DNA from: Polyangiales bacterium
GTDB lineage: Bacteria > Myxococcota_A > Polyangia > Polyangiales > Houyiibacteriaceae
Direction of reading: 5' to 3'
NCBI GenBank assembly: GCA_045106895.1
Contig: JBGCFM010000164.1
Coordinates: 1 to 28,232, forward strand
Length of the DNA: 28,232 bases
The translations under genes and the position numbers were made by a program. Below the pieces are notes generated by a model. That model was not told the origin of the DNA. It searched no databases and saw only the letters and a program-made list of their open reading frames with translations. Numbering within the stretch: position 1 is the first letter of the stretch; every line of letters begins with the position of its first letter. Positions 1 through 8,757 of the stretch are shown here, piece after piece.

Positions 1-222
1 GCTGAGCGCATTCGGCGGAGATGCCGGCTGAGTGGTGATGGCTCGACAATTCTCTGTCGACGATGAGAAAGTCACACCTGGGTACTGGTTGGTAATCTCT
101 GTGCCACTCGGCACAGCGGCTCCACCAGGAAACGTGTCGAAGTCCACGTTGGTCGTCTGTGCGAGCGCACCGGATGTGCCCAGAAGGACGCTAAGAAACG
201 CTAAGTGTCGAGCAAAGTTCAT
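1..222 (-). CDS. Secreted protein, N-terminal part only (runs off the window's left edge)
   Basis: Manual translation from the ATG at 222 gives MNFARHLAFLSVLLGTSGALA-QTTNVDFDTFPGGAAVPSGTEITNQYPGVTFSSS..., open to base 1. It has a Sec signal peptide with an ALA cleavage site. Not in the ORF track because it is truncated. Confidence 0.7.
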   Translation of the reverse strand, partial: MNFARHLAFLSVLLGTSGALAQTTNVDFDTFPGGAAVPSGTEITNQYPGVTFSSSTENCRAITTQPASPPNALS

Positions 223-327
223 GCCTCACTACTACCCTGATTGAGTGGGGGGTGCGAGAAATCGAACCATCGATCGCTCACTGAGCCGTGAGGGTGGTCA
301 CACTGACATGGGCGCCACAATTGAAGA

Positions 328-355
328 CGCCCCGCGCACACAGGGTGGCGGGGCG
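328..355 (-). terminator. Putative intrinsic terminator after the YceI gene
   Basis: CGCCCCGC (328-335) and GCGGGGCG (348-355) form an inverted repeat 25 nt after the stop at 380. On the minus strand it is followed by a weak TCTTC tail. Confidence 0.45.
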
Positions 356-379
356 AGCTATGAGCCTACGAACTCGAAA

Positions 380-967
380 TCAGCGAACGCTGGCGCGAAT
401 GTCGATTTGAATCGAGATTTCGTTCGAGACCTTCGCCTGAACCACCGAAGGGATAGAAACCCCGTAATCGTCGAGCTCAATCGTGAATCGGGCGCGGAGA
501 CGAAGACCTGTAGAACCGTCCCACTTTGCACGAACACGCGCCGTCACGTTGTGAGTCTGTCCATGAATGGTGAATCGACCGACGACCTGCAGGTTCGCGT
601 CCTGGTTCGCCGTCAGGGAGCTGGCTCCACGAATGCTTGTGATCTCGAAGGTCGCGTTTGGATGCGCGGCGGCGTTGAGCCACTGAGGACTACGAAGGTG
701 CTCGTCACGCTCATCGATGCCTGTACCGATGGAAGCGACGGGAACCGTGATGGTCCCGCTCGTAGCGCTGAGGTTGGCCGGGTCGACGCTAAACGTACCG
801 CTGGCAGTACTGGAGATGCCGTTGATCGTCTCGAGCTGGGCAGACGATGTGAAGGTCGTACGAGCTCGGTCAATACCGAAGTTGCGGGCCTGCGCGCTCG
901 CTATGCTCGCCGAAGAGGCCCCCGCGAGGGCAAGTGCTGCTACCAAAAGTCCGCTGAACTTCATCAT
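380..967 (-). CDS. yceI: YceI-family polyisoprenoid/lipid-binding periplasmic protein
   Basis: Signal peptide MMKFSGLLVAALALAGASSASIASA. YceI motifs SIGTGIDERDEHLRSPQWLNAAAHPNATF, GRFTIHG and DYGV. GAGAGGA RBS before the ATG. Confidence 0.9.
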   Translation of the reverse strand: MMKFSGLLVAALALAGASSASIASAQARNFGIDRARTTFTSSAQLETINGISSTASGTFSVDPANLSATSGTITVPVASIGTGIDERDEHLRSPQWLNAAAHPNATFEITSIRGASSLTANQDANLQVVGRFTIHGQTHNVTARVRAKWDGSTGLRLRARFTIELDDYGVSIPSVVQAKVSNEISIQIDIRASVR

Positions 968-1173
968 TGTTCCTCTCTCGCGAAATCGCGATGTGCCGAA
1001 TGACAAGCGATGGCGGCATTCCCGTCAAGCTCCTTGTCCGTGTTTCGGTCTACTGTGACGATTAGAGACGACGAAACTTCACCGGGAAAAGGAAAAAAGC
1101 GCCCTATGAACGCTCTCGCCTCCCTCGGCCCGCTGCGCAGCCTCCTAGACCTTATGTCGTTCCCCTCTCGCAG

Positions 1174-1662
1174 TTACGACGAGAGCAGCTTCTCGATGGC
1201 TTTTGTCATGGCCTCGGGCTTTGTGGCCGGTGCGAAACGCGTCACCTTGTCGCCAGTCCGACTCACGAGGAACTTCGTGAAGTTCCATTTCACCGCCTTG
1301 GAGCCAAGCATCCCGGGTGCAGCCGCCTTGAGGTGCTGAAAGAGAGGGTGCGCCTCGTCTCCGTTGACCTCGATCTTGGCGTGCATCGGAAAAGTCACGT
1401 CAAAGCGTGTCGTGCAAAACTCCGCGATCTCCGTGTTCGCACCGGGCTCCTGCTTGCCAAACTGGTTGCAAGGAAAGCCCAGGACCACGAGACCCTGGTC
1501 TTCGTACTTCTTGTGGAGCTCCTGGAGGCCCTCGTAGTGCGGTGTGAACCCACAGGCGCTCGCCGTGTTCACAACGAGGAGAACCTTGCCTTCAAAGTCT
1601 TGAAGGGCGCGTTTTTCGCCAGTGATCGTTTCGACTTCGATGTTGTAGAGGGGGTGAGCCAT
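1174..1662 (-). CDS. Glutathione peroxidase (Cys-type, BtuE/Gpx-like)
   Basis: Motifs GKVLLVVNTASACGFT, LGFPCNQFGKQEPG and VKWNFTKFL. The catalytic residue is Cys, not Sec. Start reassigned to MAHPLY. Confidence 0.95.
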   Translation of the reverse strand: MAHPLYNIEVETITGEKRALQDFEGKVLLVVNTASACGFTPHYEGLQELHKKYEDQGLVVLGFPCNQFGKQEPGANTEIAEFCTTRFDVTFPMHAKIEVNGDEAHPLFQHLKAAAPGMLGSKAVKWNFTKFLVSRTGDKVTRFAPATKPEAMTKAIEKLLSS

Positions 1663-1694
1663 GAGAGTGCTTAGCACGGAGCCCGCGCAAGTCC

Positions 1695-2675
1695 TCAATC
1701 CGGCCGAACTTCAAGAGACTCTCCCTGAGACTCTTCAAGCACTTCCTCGCCCGACTCCCCGGAGTCAGCCGCGACTTCCGCGTCTTCCCGCTCCATGACG
1801 GGCCCCTCGGGCATCGCTGAGCGGACCTCCGCGGAAGGACGACCAGCAGCCTCCCGAATCTGAGATGCGATGGAGCAGTCGGCGACGGCGGAGCGTTGAG
1901 GAAGCGGGTTGGCGCGGCCCGCCGGCGCATTCCCCACCGCGATGCGGGCCGGGATAAGAGTCCCCCGCGATTGCATACGGCCCTGAAGAAGCACTTCGTC
2001 GCTATGCAGGTCCCAGAGGTAGATATCGACAGGATGCTCGCGCCGGTTTTCACCGTGCTGGATCGCGAGCATGAAATAGTCAGCTTCGGCCATGTCCGCG
2101 AGAAGCGGCATGTCCCGCTCCTGACGGTTGATCAGCTCATCGAGGAATGTTCGAAGTCGCAAGACCGTGTCCGCTTCCCGCGCATCTTCGAGCCAGATTG
2201 GCTGCAGGAACTCGACGCGTTCATAGAGCCCACGCAAGCTCAGGGGTGCCAGGCCAAGACACGAGCCAATGGTGTCGCGTTCCATGGTCAACGCCGAGTC
2301 TCGAATCGCCATCGGGTCGTCGCTGATCGAGTCCGCGTGGATTCGCAAATACACGCCGGAGGCGTTGTGTAGACCTGCGAGGTTGAGTCGCGGGTTCGCT
2401 CGCGTCTCGGGCACATCGGCTCCGACGGCCATGATCCACCCTTCAAGCTTCTCTCGGAATGCGTTCACGCGAGCGGCCGTCGGCGCGATGGACTCGTTGT
2501 AGCGCTGGACGATTTGGTCCTGCAGCTCCGCTTGCCGCGTGCGATCACGCCACTGGTAGAACCCGACGACGCAGGCGAGGCTCAGGGCCGCTAGGAAGAT
2601 CCACTTCCACGGACCCTTCGCCTTAAATGCGCGCTCCTCGTTCTCGTCGAATGTTGCTGGCTCAAGCTCGCCCAT
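1695..2675 (-). CDS. Hypothetical membrane-anchored protein (one N-terminal TM helix, large extracytoplasmic domain)
   Basis: GAGGGG RBS before MGELEP. Hydrophobic segment WKWIFLAALSLACVVGFYQW followed by a helical region and an acidic tail. Composition fits a real gene. Confidence 0.7.
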   Translation of the reverse strand: MGELEPATFDENEERAFKAKGPWKWIFLAALSLACVVGFYQWRDRTRQAELQDQIVQRYNESIAPTAARVNAFREKLEGWIMAVGADVPETRANPRLNLAGLHNASGVYLRIHADSISDDPMAIRDSALTMERDTIGSCLGLAPLSLRGLYERVEFLQPIWLEDAREADTVLRLRTFLDELINRQERDMPLLADMAEADYFMLAIQHGENRREHPVDIYLWDLHSDEVLLQGRMQSRGTLIPARIAVGNAPAGRANPLPQRSAVADCSIASQIREAAGRPSAEVRSAMPEGPVMEREDAEVAADSGESGEEVLEESQGESLEVRPD

Positions 2676-2809
2676 TACGCCCCTCTGAAGAAGTTCCATG
2701 ACTCGCCTGACAACGCGTGTCCAGCCAGGTTCCCTCGCCACAAGTAGCATCAAGAGCGAAGCAGGAACTTTCGCGTCCCGGCAGTGTCCACGTGGTGAAA
2801 GGAAAACCC

Positions 2810-3280
2810 ATGGCCTCCATCGACACGGGACCTTCCGGCTCAAGCCGGAAGAGCGTCTCCCAAGATCTCCCCCTCGTCCCCTTTATCGACCTTCTCTTCT
2901 GCTGCGTGATGTTCCTGCTCGCGACGGCGGTTTGGAACTCCGTTGATCAAATATCCGCAGCGACCAACAGCTCCGTCGACGGAACGCAGGAAGCGCCGGA
3001 CACCGTGCACCTCTACCTGCTCGTGCATCACGATGGGTTCACCATCGCGTCGGATGCCGGTGACCGCGTGGTCATCCCGCCTGGGACGGACGAGGCCGGC
3101 CTGGACTATGCCTCACTTGGCACTCACCTCGCCGACCGGCGACGGCTCGAACCGTCGCGCAACGACATCATCCTCGTCCCCGATGACGACGTCGACTTCG
3201 AGCAGCTCGTTCGCTCGATGGACCTCGCCGTCGGTGAGGGATACGTGAACCTGCGCGTCAGCGATCAGGCCGCGCTCTAG
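2810..3280 (+). CDS. ExbD/TolR-family biopolymer transport / motor stator protein (AglS/AglQ-like)
   Basis: GAAAGGA RBS. TM motif LPLVPFIDLLFCCVMFLLATAVW carries the conserved proton-channel Asp. C-terminal IILVPDDDVDFEQLVRSMD is typical of the ExbD periplasmic domain. Confidence 0.88.
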   Translation: MASIDTGPSGSSRKSVSQDLPLVPFIDLLFCCVMFLLATAVWNSVDQISAATNSSVDGTQEAPDTVHLYLLVHHDGFTIASDAGDRVVIPPGTDEAGLDYASLGTHLADRRRLEPSRNDIILVPDDDVDFEQLVRSMDLAVGEGYVNLRVSDQAAL

Positions 3281-3298
3281 CGCAGCCCAGCCGACCCG

Positions 3299-4858
3299 CT
3301 AGAGCGGCTCTTCCTCTTCGTAGTCGTCCTCGTACGCGTCTTCTTCCATGAGCTCGTCTTCCAGAGCGTCGAGGTCAAGGGGCGCGTCGAGGTCTTCATC
3401 CTCCAGCTCATCTTCGAGAGCGTCGAGGTCGAGGGGCCCTTCATCATCGAGGCCGTCATCGAGACCATCTTCGAGAGCGTCCAAGTCGAGTAGCCCGCCG
3501 TCATCGATAGGTACGTCCTCCGGCTCGTCGCTCGGCGCTTCGTCAAAGAGTGAGAACTCGGTCTCAAGGCCCGGAACGATGGAGAGCGCAAGCTGCGGGA
3601 CGTAGGTCGTGATGAGCAAGGCCACCACGAGCAAGCCAATGAAAGGCAGCACAGCTCGATACAGAATCGTGACGGGCTTATCGAATCGGAAACTCGAGAT
3701 GAAGAGGTTCAGCCCCACCGGCGGCGTCATGTATCCAATCTCAAGGTTGAGAAGGAAGACGATGCCCAGGTAGTAGAGGCCGCCGTTCTCCGCCGTCATG
3801 CCGAACTCTCGCGCGATGGGCAGAATGAGCGGAACGACGACGACGATGGCCGAGAAGATGTCCATGAGCATTCCAACGAGAAGCAGGAACACATTGAGGA
3901 CCAGCAAGAACATGATGGGCCCGGCGATGTAGGAGCTCATCGCCTCCAGGATCTTCATCGGGAGCTGGTCCTGAATAAGGAAGCCGGTGAAGCCGATGGC
4001 CGTCGCGAGAATCGCGAGAATCGCGCCGACGAGCGTCATCGATTCTTCCACGATCCGGGGGAGGTCCTTCTTCATGGAAATGTCGCGATAAACGAAGACC
4101 TCGATGACGAAGACGTAGAGCGCGGTGAACGCCGCGGCCTCGTGAATACGAAGCACGCCGAGCGCCAAAGCTCCGATGAGAACGACGGGGAGCATCAGCT
4201 CCCAGAGCACCTCGCGAAACGCAGCGAAGGCCTCTTTGCGTTCGAACGCCTGACGCGGAATCTCGGGGTGTTTCACACCGACGTAGGCAGCGTACGCACC
4301 AAGGGCGATGAGAGTGACGATGCCTGGAAGAATGCCGGCGGCGAAGAGCTTCTCGACCTCGAGGCCAGCAACCACGGCGAAGAGCACGATGGGCAAGCTG
4401 GGCGGGAAAAGAAGGCCTAGGGACCCACCACTGGTGATGAGACCAAGAGAGAACTTCTCGGGGTACTTCTCTGCGATGAGCGCGGGGTAGAGGAGTCCGC
4501 CGATGGCGACGATGGTGATTCCGCTGCCGCCGGTGAACGTCGTGAAGAACGCGCTCGCGAGGAGACATACGATGGCGAGGCCACCTGGAAGCCATCCAAA
4601 CCACGCACGCGAAACACGCACGAGCCTCTTCGGCGTCCCACTCTCGGCCATGAGGTAGCCGGCAAACGTGAAGAGCGGGATGGTGACGAGGAGCGGAGAC
4701 TCCGAGAACTTCTCGCTGAAGATATCCGCCGCGGCGCCCGTGATGGATGTATCGGCGAGTGTCGCAAAGAGCATCATCGCGGCGGCCGCGAAGATGGAGA
4801 AGAGCGGCGCGCCGAGGAGCGCGAGAGCGACGATGAAGATCAGGATGAGAGTATTCAT
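3299..4858 (-). CDS. dctM: TRAP transporter large permease DctM with acidic repetitive C-terminal tail
   Basis: About 12 TM segments with motifs LVTIPLFTFAGYLM, SGGSLGLLFPPSLP, LFAAGILPG and EIGYMTPPVGLNLF. ATGA overlap with the upstream dctQ stop. Confidence 0.95.
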   Translation of the reverse strand: MNTLILIFIVALALLGAPLFSIFAAAAMMLFATLADTSITGAAADIFSEKFSESPLLVTIPLFTFAGYLMAESGTPKRLVRVSRAWFGWLPGGLAIVCLLASAFFTTFTGGSGITIVAIGGLLYPALIAEKYPEKFSLGLITSGGSLGLLFPPSLPIVLFAVVAGLEVEKLFAAGILPGIVTLIALGAYAAYVGVKHPEIPRQAFERKEAFAAFREVLWELMLPVVLIGALALGVLRIHEAAAFTALYVFVIEVFVYRDISMKKDLPRIVEESMTLVGAILAILATAIGFTGFLIQDQLPMKILEAMSSYIAGPIMFLLVLNVFLLLVGMLMDIFSAIVVVVPLILPIAREFGMTAENGGLYYLGIVFLLNLEIGYMTPPVGLNLFISSFRFDKPVTILYRAVLPFIGLLVVALLITTYVPQLALSIVPGLETEFSLFDEAPSDEPEDVPIDDGGLLDLDALEDGLDDGLDDEGPLDLDALEDELEDEDLDAPLDLDALEDELMEEDAYEDDYEEEEPL

Positions 4859-5727
4859 TGGCCCGCCTCCTCTTCGTCGTCAGAATCATCGCCGGTCTCG
4901 TCGGCGCCTGAGTCGTCCGAGGAGTCATCATCCGAGCCTGACTCGTCCGCAGAAGAGTCATCGTCGGACGCCTTGCCACCGAGCGCGTCTTCGTCGTCTC
5001 CAACTGGAACCGCCGATGCGGATGCTGCGTCTCCGCCGCCGTGGGAGTCGGCTCCGCCAAGCTCACTGTCAGGAATCCCACCTTCCGGAATACGCATGAA
5101 GGCATGAATGCCGATGGCGAGGAGTCGCGCAGCGATGATGCAGAACATCGCGGGGACCAAGAGGTCCATCATCCGCTCGGGCGTGTTGACCGTAAGCCCA
5201 AAGCTGTCGAAGAAGCTGCGACCTGCGCAGAAAAGGTCTGGGCGCTCAACGCCTGCGTTCGCGATGTCCGTCGCGCTACCAAGACAGATATGAACCGTCT
5301 CGTCGTTGGCGTTGTAGACGGCGTACTCGCCGGGAATTCGTCCGGCCTTGTTGAGCAAGGCAGCAAGAACCACGCGAGCGAAGTAGAACGACGTGATGCC
5401 CGCGAACACGGAGACGGTGCCGCGCATGGCAGCGCGCGCTTTCGGCTTGGCGATCCGCGACAGGATGTCGATGCCAATGTGCTTGTCGTAGTGCGTTGCG
5501 AGAGACGCACCCAACATCGCGAGCCAGAGCGTCGCCTTCTCCATGAAGGGATCCGCCCAACCCATACTCAACAGAGCATCATTCGCCCAAGACACATCTT
5601 GGTCGGCGATGTTTCGTAGAAGAGACTGAGCGGAGGCCACCACAACGAGGGAGAGCAACACCGCCATTGCGACGAAGGCCTCTCCTCGGGCCAAGCCCTT
5701 GTCGAATTTTCTTAAGCGTTCTTTCAA
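4855..5727 (-). CDS. dctQ: TRAP transporter small permease DctQ
   Basis: Four TM segments with LWLAMLGASLAT..KHIGIDIL. Located between dctP and dctM. Likely TTG start (MKERLRK) after GAGGG. Confidence 0.9.
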   Translation of the reverse strand: MKERLRKFDKGLARGEAFVAMAVLLSLVVVASAQSLLRNIADQDVSWANDALLSMGWADPFMEKATLWLAMLGASLATHYDKHIGIDILSRIAKPKARAAMRGTVSVFAGITSFYFARVVLAALLNKAGRIPGEYAVYNANDETVHICLGSATDIANAGVERPDLFCAGRSFFDSFGLTVNTPERMMDLLVPAMFCIIAARLLAIGIHAFMRIPEGGIPDSELGGADSHGGGDAASASAVPVGDDEDALGGKASDDDSSADESGSDDDSSDDSGADETGDDSDDEEEAGQ

Positions 5728-5911
5728 GCCACCCTCACCGGATACGTCATTGCGCCGAGAGGATACACAAGCCGAGCGCCGGATCGCTTGAAAACCGCGC
5801 CTACATGTGGGCAGAAGCGCGAGAATGTTCAATCATGAGGTCGCGCGGACGGAAAGAAAAACGGCGCAGAGCCAAAGCTCCGCGCCGTCGCATACCGCGA
5901 AGGGAATCTCT

Positions 5912-6910
5912 TCAGTCGCCAGCGGCGCGAATCACGGCGTCGAGGAGAGCTCGGGGGTAGACGCGTCCCGCGAGGTTGTTGCGTGTGGTCTCCGCCGCGG
6001 CGGCCCACTCTGCTTCGTGAGCGGAGGTGTCCACAGCGGTCATACGGCGGCCAAGGACCCGGAGGGAGCGGTCGTCTTCGCGACGAATGGCACGAGCGAG
6101 AAGGCGGTGAGCCTGAGTCGAGGTCTCCATGAGAGCGGTCTGATGCTCCTCGGACAGAGCGTCGAAGCGCTCCTTCTTGAGGATCGTCGCGCCGATGAGA
6201 ACGCCGGTGTTCTGCTCGGAGAAGAAGCGAAGCTTCGTGTACCACTGAAGGGAGACAGCAGCGATAGCCGAGGCAGGGACCGTGTCGATCATGCGCGTGT
6301 TGAGAGCCGGGTAGACCTCTGGGATGCCGAGACGACGCGGGCTGGCGCCGACGACGCTGAGGAACTCAGCGAAAACCTCGTCGTTTCGTGGGGCCCATGG
6401 GCGGCGCTGACGAAGCTGCTCGGGTCGCTCGATGCGTTCCGTGGACATGAGACGGGCCTTGCCGATGTCGCCCCATCCAAGGAGCGTGTAGCCGGCGCGC
6501 TCGAACTGACCTTCAAAGCGACGAGCCAGACGGCGACGGGCGCGGTCGATTTGGGAGTATTCGGTGATGACGCCGGGCGCCGAAAGCACCAAGACGGGTC
6601 GGACGATCTGTCCGAGGCCACCGCTCGTGACGGCGGCACCGTCGAGCTGGCCCGCGCCCATCTTGTCGATGAGCTCGCTCTCCTGCCCCTGGCTGCCGCC
6701 GGGGTAGAACGTCAGGCCGACCTGGCCGCCGGTTCGTTCACGAAGAGAGGCATCCCAGCGTCGGAAAACCTGCATCCATGGCGAACCTTCTGGGGCCACC
6801 GTCGCAATGCGAAGTTCCGTTGCGCTCTGGGCGCCGACTTGGCCGCTGAGGCCGGGCATCAGCGTGAGGCCTGCGAGGGCCAGCATGAGGAGCCAAGATC
6901 GTCGTTTCAT
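5912..6910 (-). CDS. dctP: TRAP substrate-binding protein DctP (TPAT P-component type)
   Basis: Signal peptide and motifs LRIATVAPEGSPW, FYPGGSQG.E, GQLDGAAV and EVYPALNTRMID. GAAGGA RBS before MKRRSW. Confidence 0.93.
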   Translation of the reverse strand: MKRRSWLLMLALAGLTLMPGLSGQVGAQSATELRIATVAPEGSPWMQVFRRWDASLRERTGGQVGLTFYPGGSQGQESELIDKMGAGQLDGAAVTSGGLGQIVRPVLVLSAPGVITEYSQIDRARRRLARRFEGQFERAGYTLLGWGDIGKARLMSTERIERPEQLRQRRPWAPRNDEVFAEFLSVVGASPRRLGIPEVYPALNTRMIDTVPASAIAAVSLQWYTKLRFFSEQNTGVLIGATILKKERFDALSEEHQTALMETSTQAHRLLARAIRREDDRSLRVLGRRMTAVDTSAHEAEWAAAAETTRNNLAGRVYPRALLDAVIRAAGD

Positions 6911-7011
6911 CAAGTTTTTCCTTCGTTTGTTGAGGCTCTGAGCCTCGAAGCCAGCAGGATTCTGCCGCAATAAATAGGTTCGCCGACACTTCCGACGCGC
7001 CTGGGAAGAGA

Positions 7012-8043
7012 TCATTCAGCGGCGGGCGTATTTTCTTCGCTCGTCGCGGGTTCTGGGGCTGCAGGGGCCGGGGCGGGAGCAGCCGCCGGCGCTTGAGGCG
7101 GGATCATCGTGTCGATCTGACGAAGGTAACGAGCCGCTCGGCGACGGGCGATGACGTTCTGCAAACGCTGCGCTGGGTTGATATCGCCGGCCTCGAGAAC
7201 CTCTCGAAGAAGCGCGATGAAAAGCTCTCGGTCTTGGCGCTTCACGGCGTAGCTCTTCGCCATATTGACGAGGATGAGCAGGTTTCGGCGCTCCGTGATC
7301 TCAAGGACACGTTCCCACATCGGGAGCGCCACATCGAGATCAGCGCCCGGCGCTGACGTGTTCACGACGGCCAAGAAGGTGAGTCCAGAGTAGTTGTAGA
7401 ACGTCGGGTCAAGTTCGACGCTTCGCTCAACGAGCGCCTGCGCAAAGGGAAGGTCTGCGACGGCCTCCATGCTGGACTTGTTGGCGTTGATGTAGGAGCC
7501 CCAGCTGAATCCCGTCTGGAAAAGCGGCCCAGCGTCTTCTTCGTCGTCGAACTCCTCCTGAAGCCAAGCCGTAAATGACTCTAGGCCTTCCGCCAAATGC
7601 TCGTCGTAGCCGTCGTGGTCGAGGCCGATCAGATGAACACCAAGATCCCGAGCACGCTCATACATGTAACGAGCACGAAGCGTCTGGGTCTCTGCTTCGA
7701 GATATCGACCCTCGGCGCGAAGTGCTTCCGCGCGGTCCTCCACCCAACCATAGGCGTAGCCCGTGTACAGCCGGATGGCATTGCCGACGAGCTGTTCGTT
7801 CTCTGGAACGACCCGTAGAAGCCCTTCTGTCTGGACGATATTGCTGGGCATCGCGGCGCCGGCGATGTCGTAGTCCCAGTGCTGCTCCAAACCGGGCGCG
7901 GCACGGCGGAAGAGGTTGCCACTGCCATTGGCAGCGACCTTCGTCACATCACAGGCGAGCAAGGCTGGGAGCGTTGCTACCATGAGACCAATGACGAGAA
8001 CGCCTGTGCTGCGGACGTTCAGGACCCGTGAAATCAAGGACAT
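7012..8043 (-). CDS. tatT: TRAP transporter TatT component (TPR-like lipoprotein of TPAT systems)
   Basis: Lipobox LLAC. All-helical protein with motifs like E..LR..PEN..L, YAYGWVE, VERSVELDPTFY, YAV..QDR.LF..LL.EVL and N..ARRRA..L. Lies directly upstream of dctP-Q-M. Confidence 0.85.
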   Translation of the reverse strand: MSLISRVLNVRSTGVLVIGLMVATLPALLACDVTKVAANGSGNLFRRAAPGLEQHWDYDIAGAAMPSNIVQTEGLLRVVPENEQLVGNAIRLYTGYAYGWVEDRAEALRAEGRYLEAETQTLRARYMYERARDLGVHLIGLDHDGYDEHLAEGLESFTAWLQEEFDDEEDAGPLFQTGFSWGSYINANKSSMEAVADLPFAQALVERSVELDPTFYNYSGLTFLAVVNTSAPGADLDVALPMWERVLEITERRNLLILVNMAKSYAVKRQDRELFIALLREVLEAGDINPAQRLQNVIARRRAARYLRQIDTMIPPQAPAAAPAPAPAAPEPATSEENTPAAE

Positions 8044-8050
8044 GAAGAGA

Positions 8051-8080
8051 GTGGTACGTGTCGAACGATAGGCGCGTCAA
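8051..8080 (-). promoter_or_regulatory. Putative sigma70-type promoter of the TPAT operon (possibly leaderless)
   Basis: Minus strand reads TTGACG-N18-TACCAC, then 7 nt to the tatT ATG, with no SD sequence. Confidence 0.4.
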
Positions 8081-8166
8081 GGCCGGCTTTTGCCTTCGTC
8101 CCCCTGGGTCCGCCCTGAAGCCGTTGACCGCGGGCAATTCGCCGCCGCCTGAAGTACGCTGAGTCC

Positions 8167-8757
8167 GTGCCTTCTTGGATCACTAAGCCTTCCTTTGCCG
8201 CCAAGCGCAGCGTTTTTGCCGTGTGTCTCGGTTTCGCACTGCTTTCAATGACGCCAGGGTCGGCAAAGGCCACTCTCGCTGACGCCCTCACCATGGGTGA
8301 GTTGGTGCAGCGAGCGGACCGAATTGCCCTCGTTCGTGTACTGAGCCAAGCGACGGAATACGATTCTAGGGGCCGAATTGTGACGCGCGTGAGGGTTCGC
8401 GTGGAGGAAGGGCTCCTGGCGGCCAACGCTGGCGACGAGCTCGATGTGGTGTCGCTGGGCGGGATTATCGGCGACCTCGGCATGCAGATCGCCGGCGAGC
8501 CTTCCTTCGAGGACGGCGAACGTGCCCTGGTCTTCGTCCGACACATCAACGGAATCTATAGGCCGATCGGCATGTCTCAAGGCGTCTTTCCTGTCACGGA
8601 CGGCGACACCCCGCGTGTCGAACCGGGCGGCTCTGGCCTCTCGCTTGTTCGTCCTGGCACCAACGGAGAGCTGGCTCCCGCCGGCGCCGCACTTCGTGGG
8701 CCGCGTTCACTCGCCCACGTCATGGAGCGAGTCCGTGCGCTCATCGCTGAGCGATGA
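8167..8757 (+). CDS. Secreted beta-rich hypothetical protein, partner of the downstream matrixin
   Basis: Signal peptide followed by LTMGELVQRADRIALVRV...GRIVTRVRVRVEE...LGGIIG...GEPSFEDGERALVFV...PIGMSQGVF. ATGA overlap with the matrixin gene. Confidence 0.8.
   Translation: MPSWITKPSFAAKRSVFAVCLGFALLSMTPGSAKATLADALTMGELVQRADRIALVRVLSQATEYDSRGRIVTRVRVRVEEGLLAANAGDELDVVSLGGIIGDLGMQIAGEPSFEDGERALVFVRHINGIYRPIGMSQGVFPVTDGDTPRVEPGGSGLSLVRPGTNGELAPAGAALRGPRSLAHVMERVRALIAER

Noticed and set aside
1174..1662. Selenocysteine-containing glutathione peroxidase
   Set aside because: The active-site codon is TGT (Cys) and there is no in-frame TGA.
3741..5105. 454-aa Arg/His-rich minus-strand ORF
   Set aside because: It is an alternative frame overlapping dctQ and dctM, with composition typical of an off-frame GC-rich translation.
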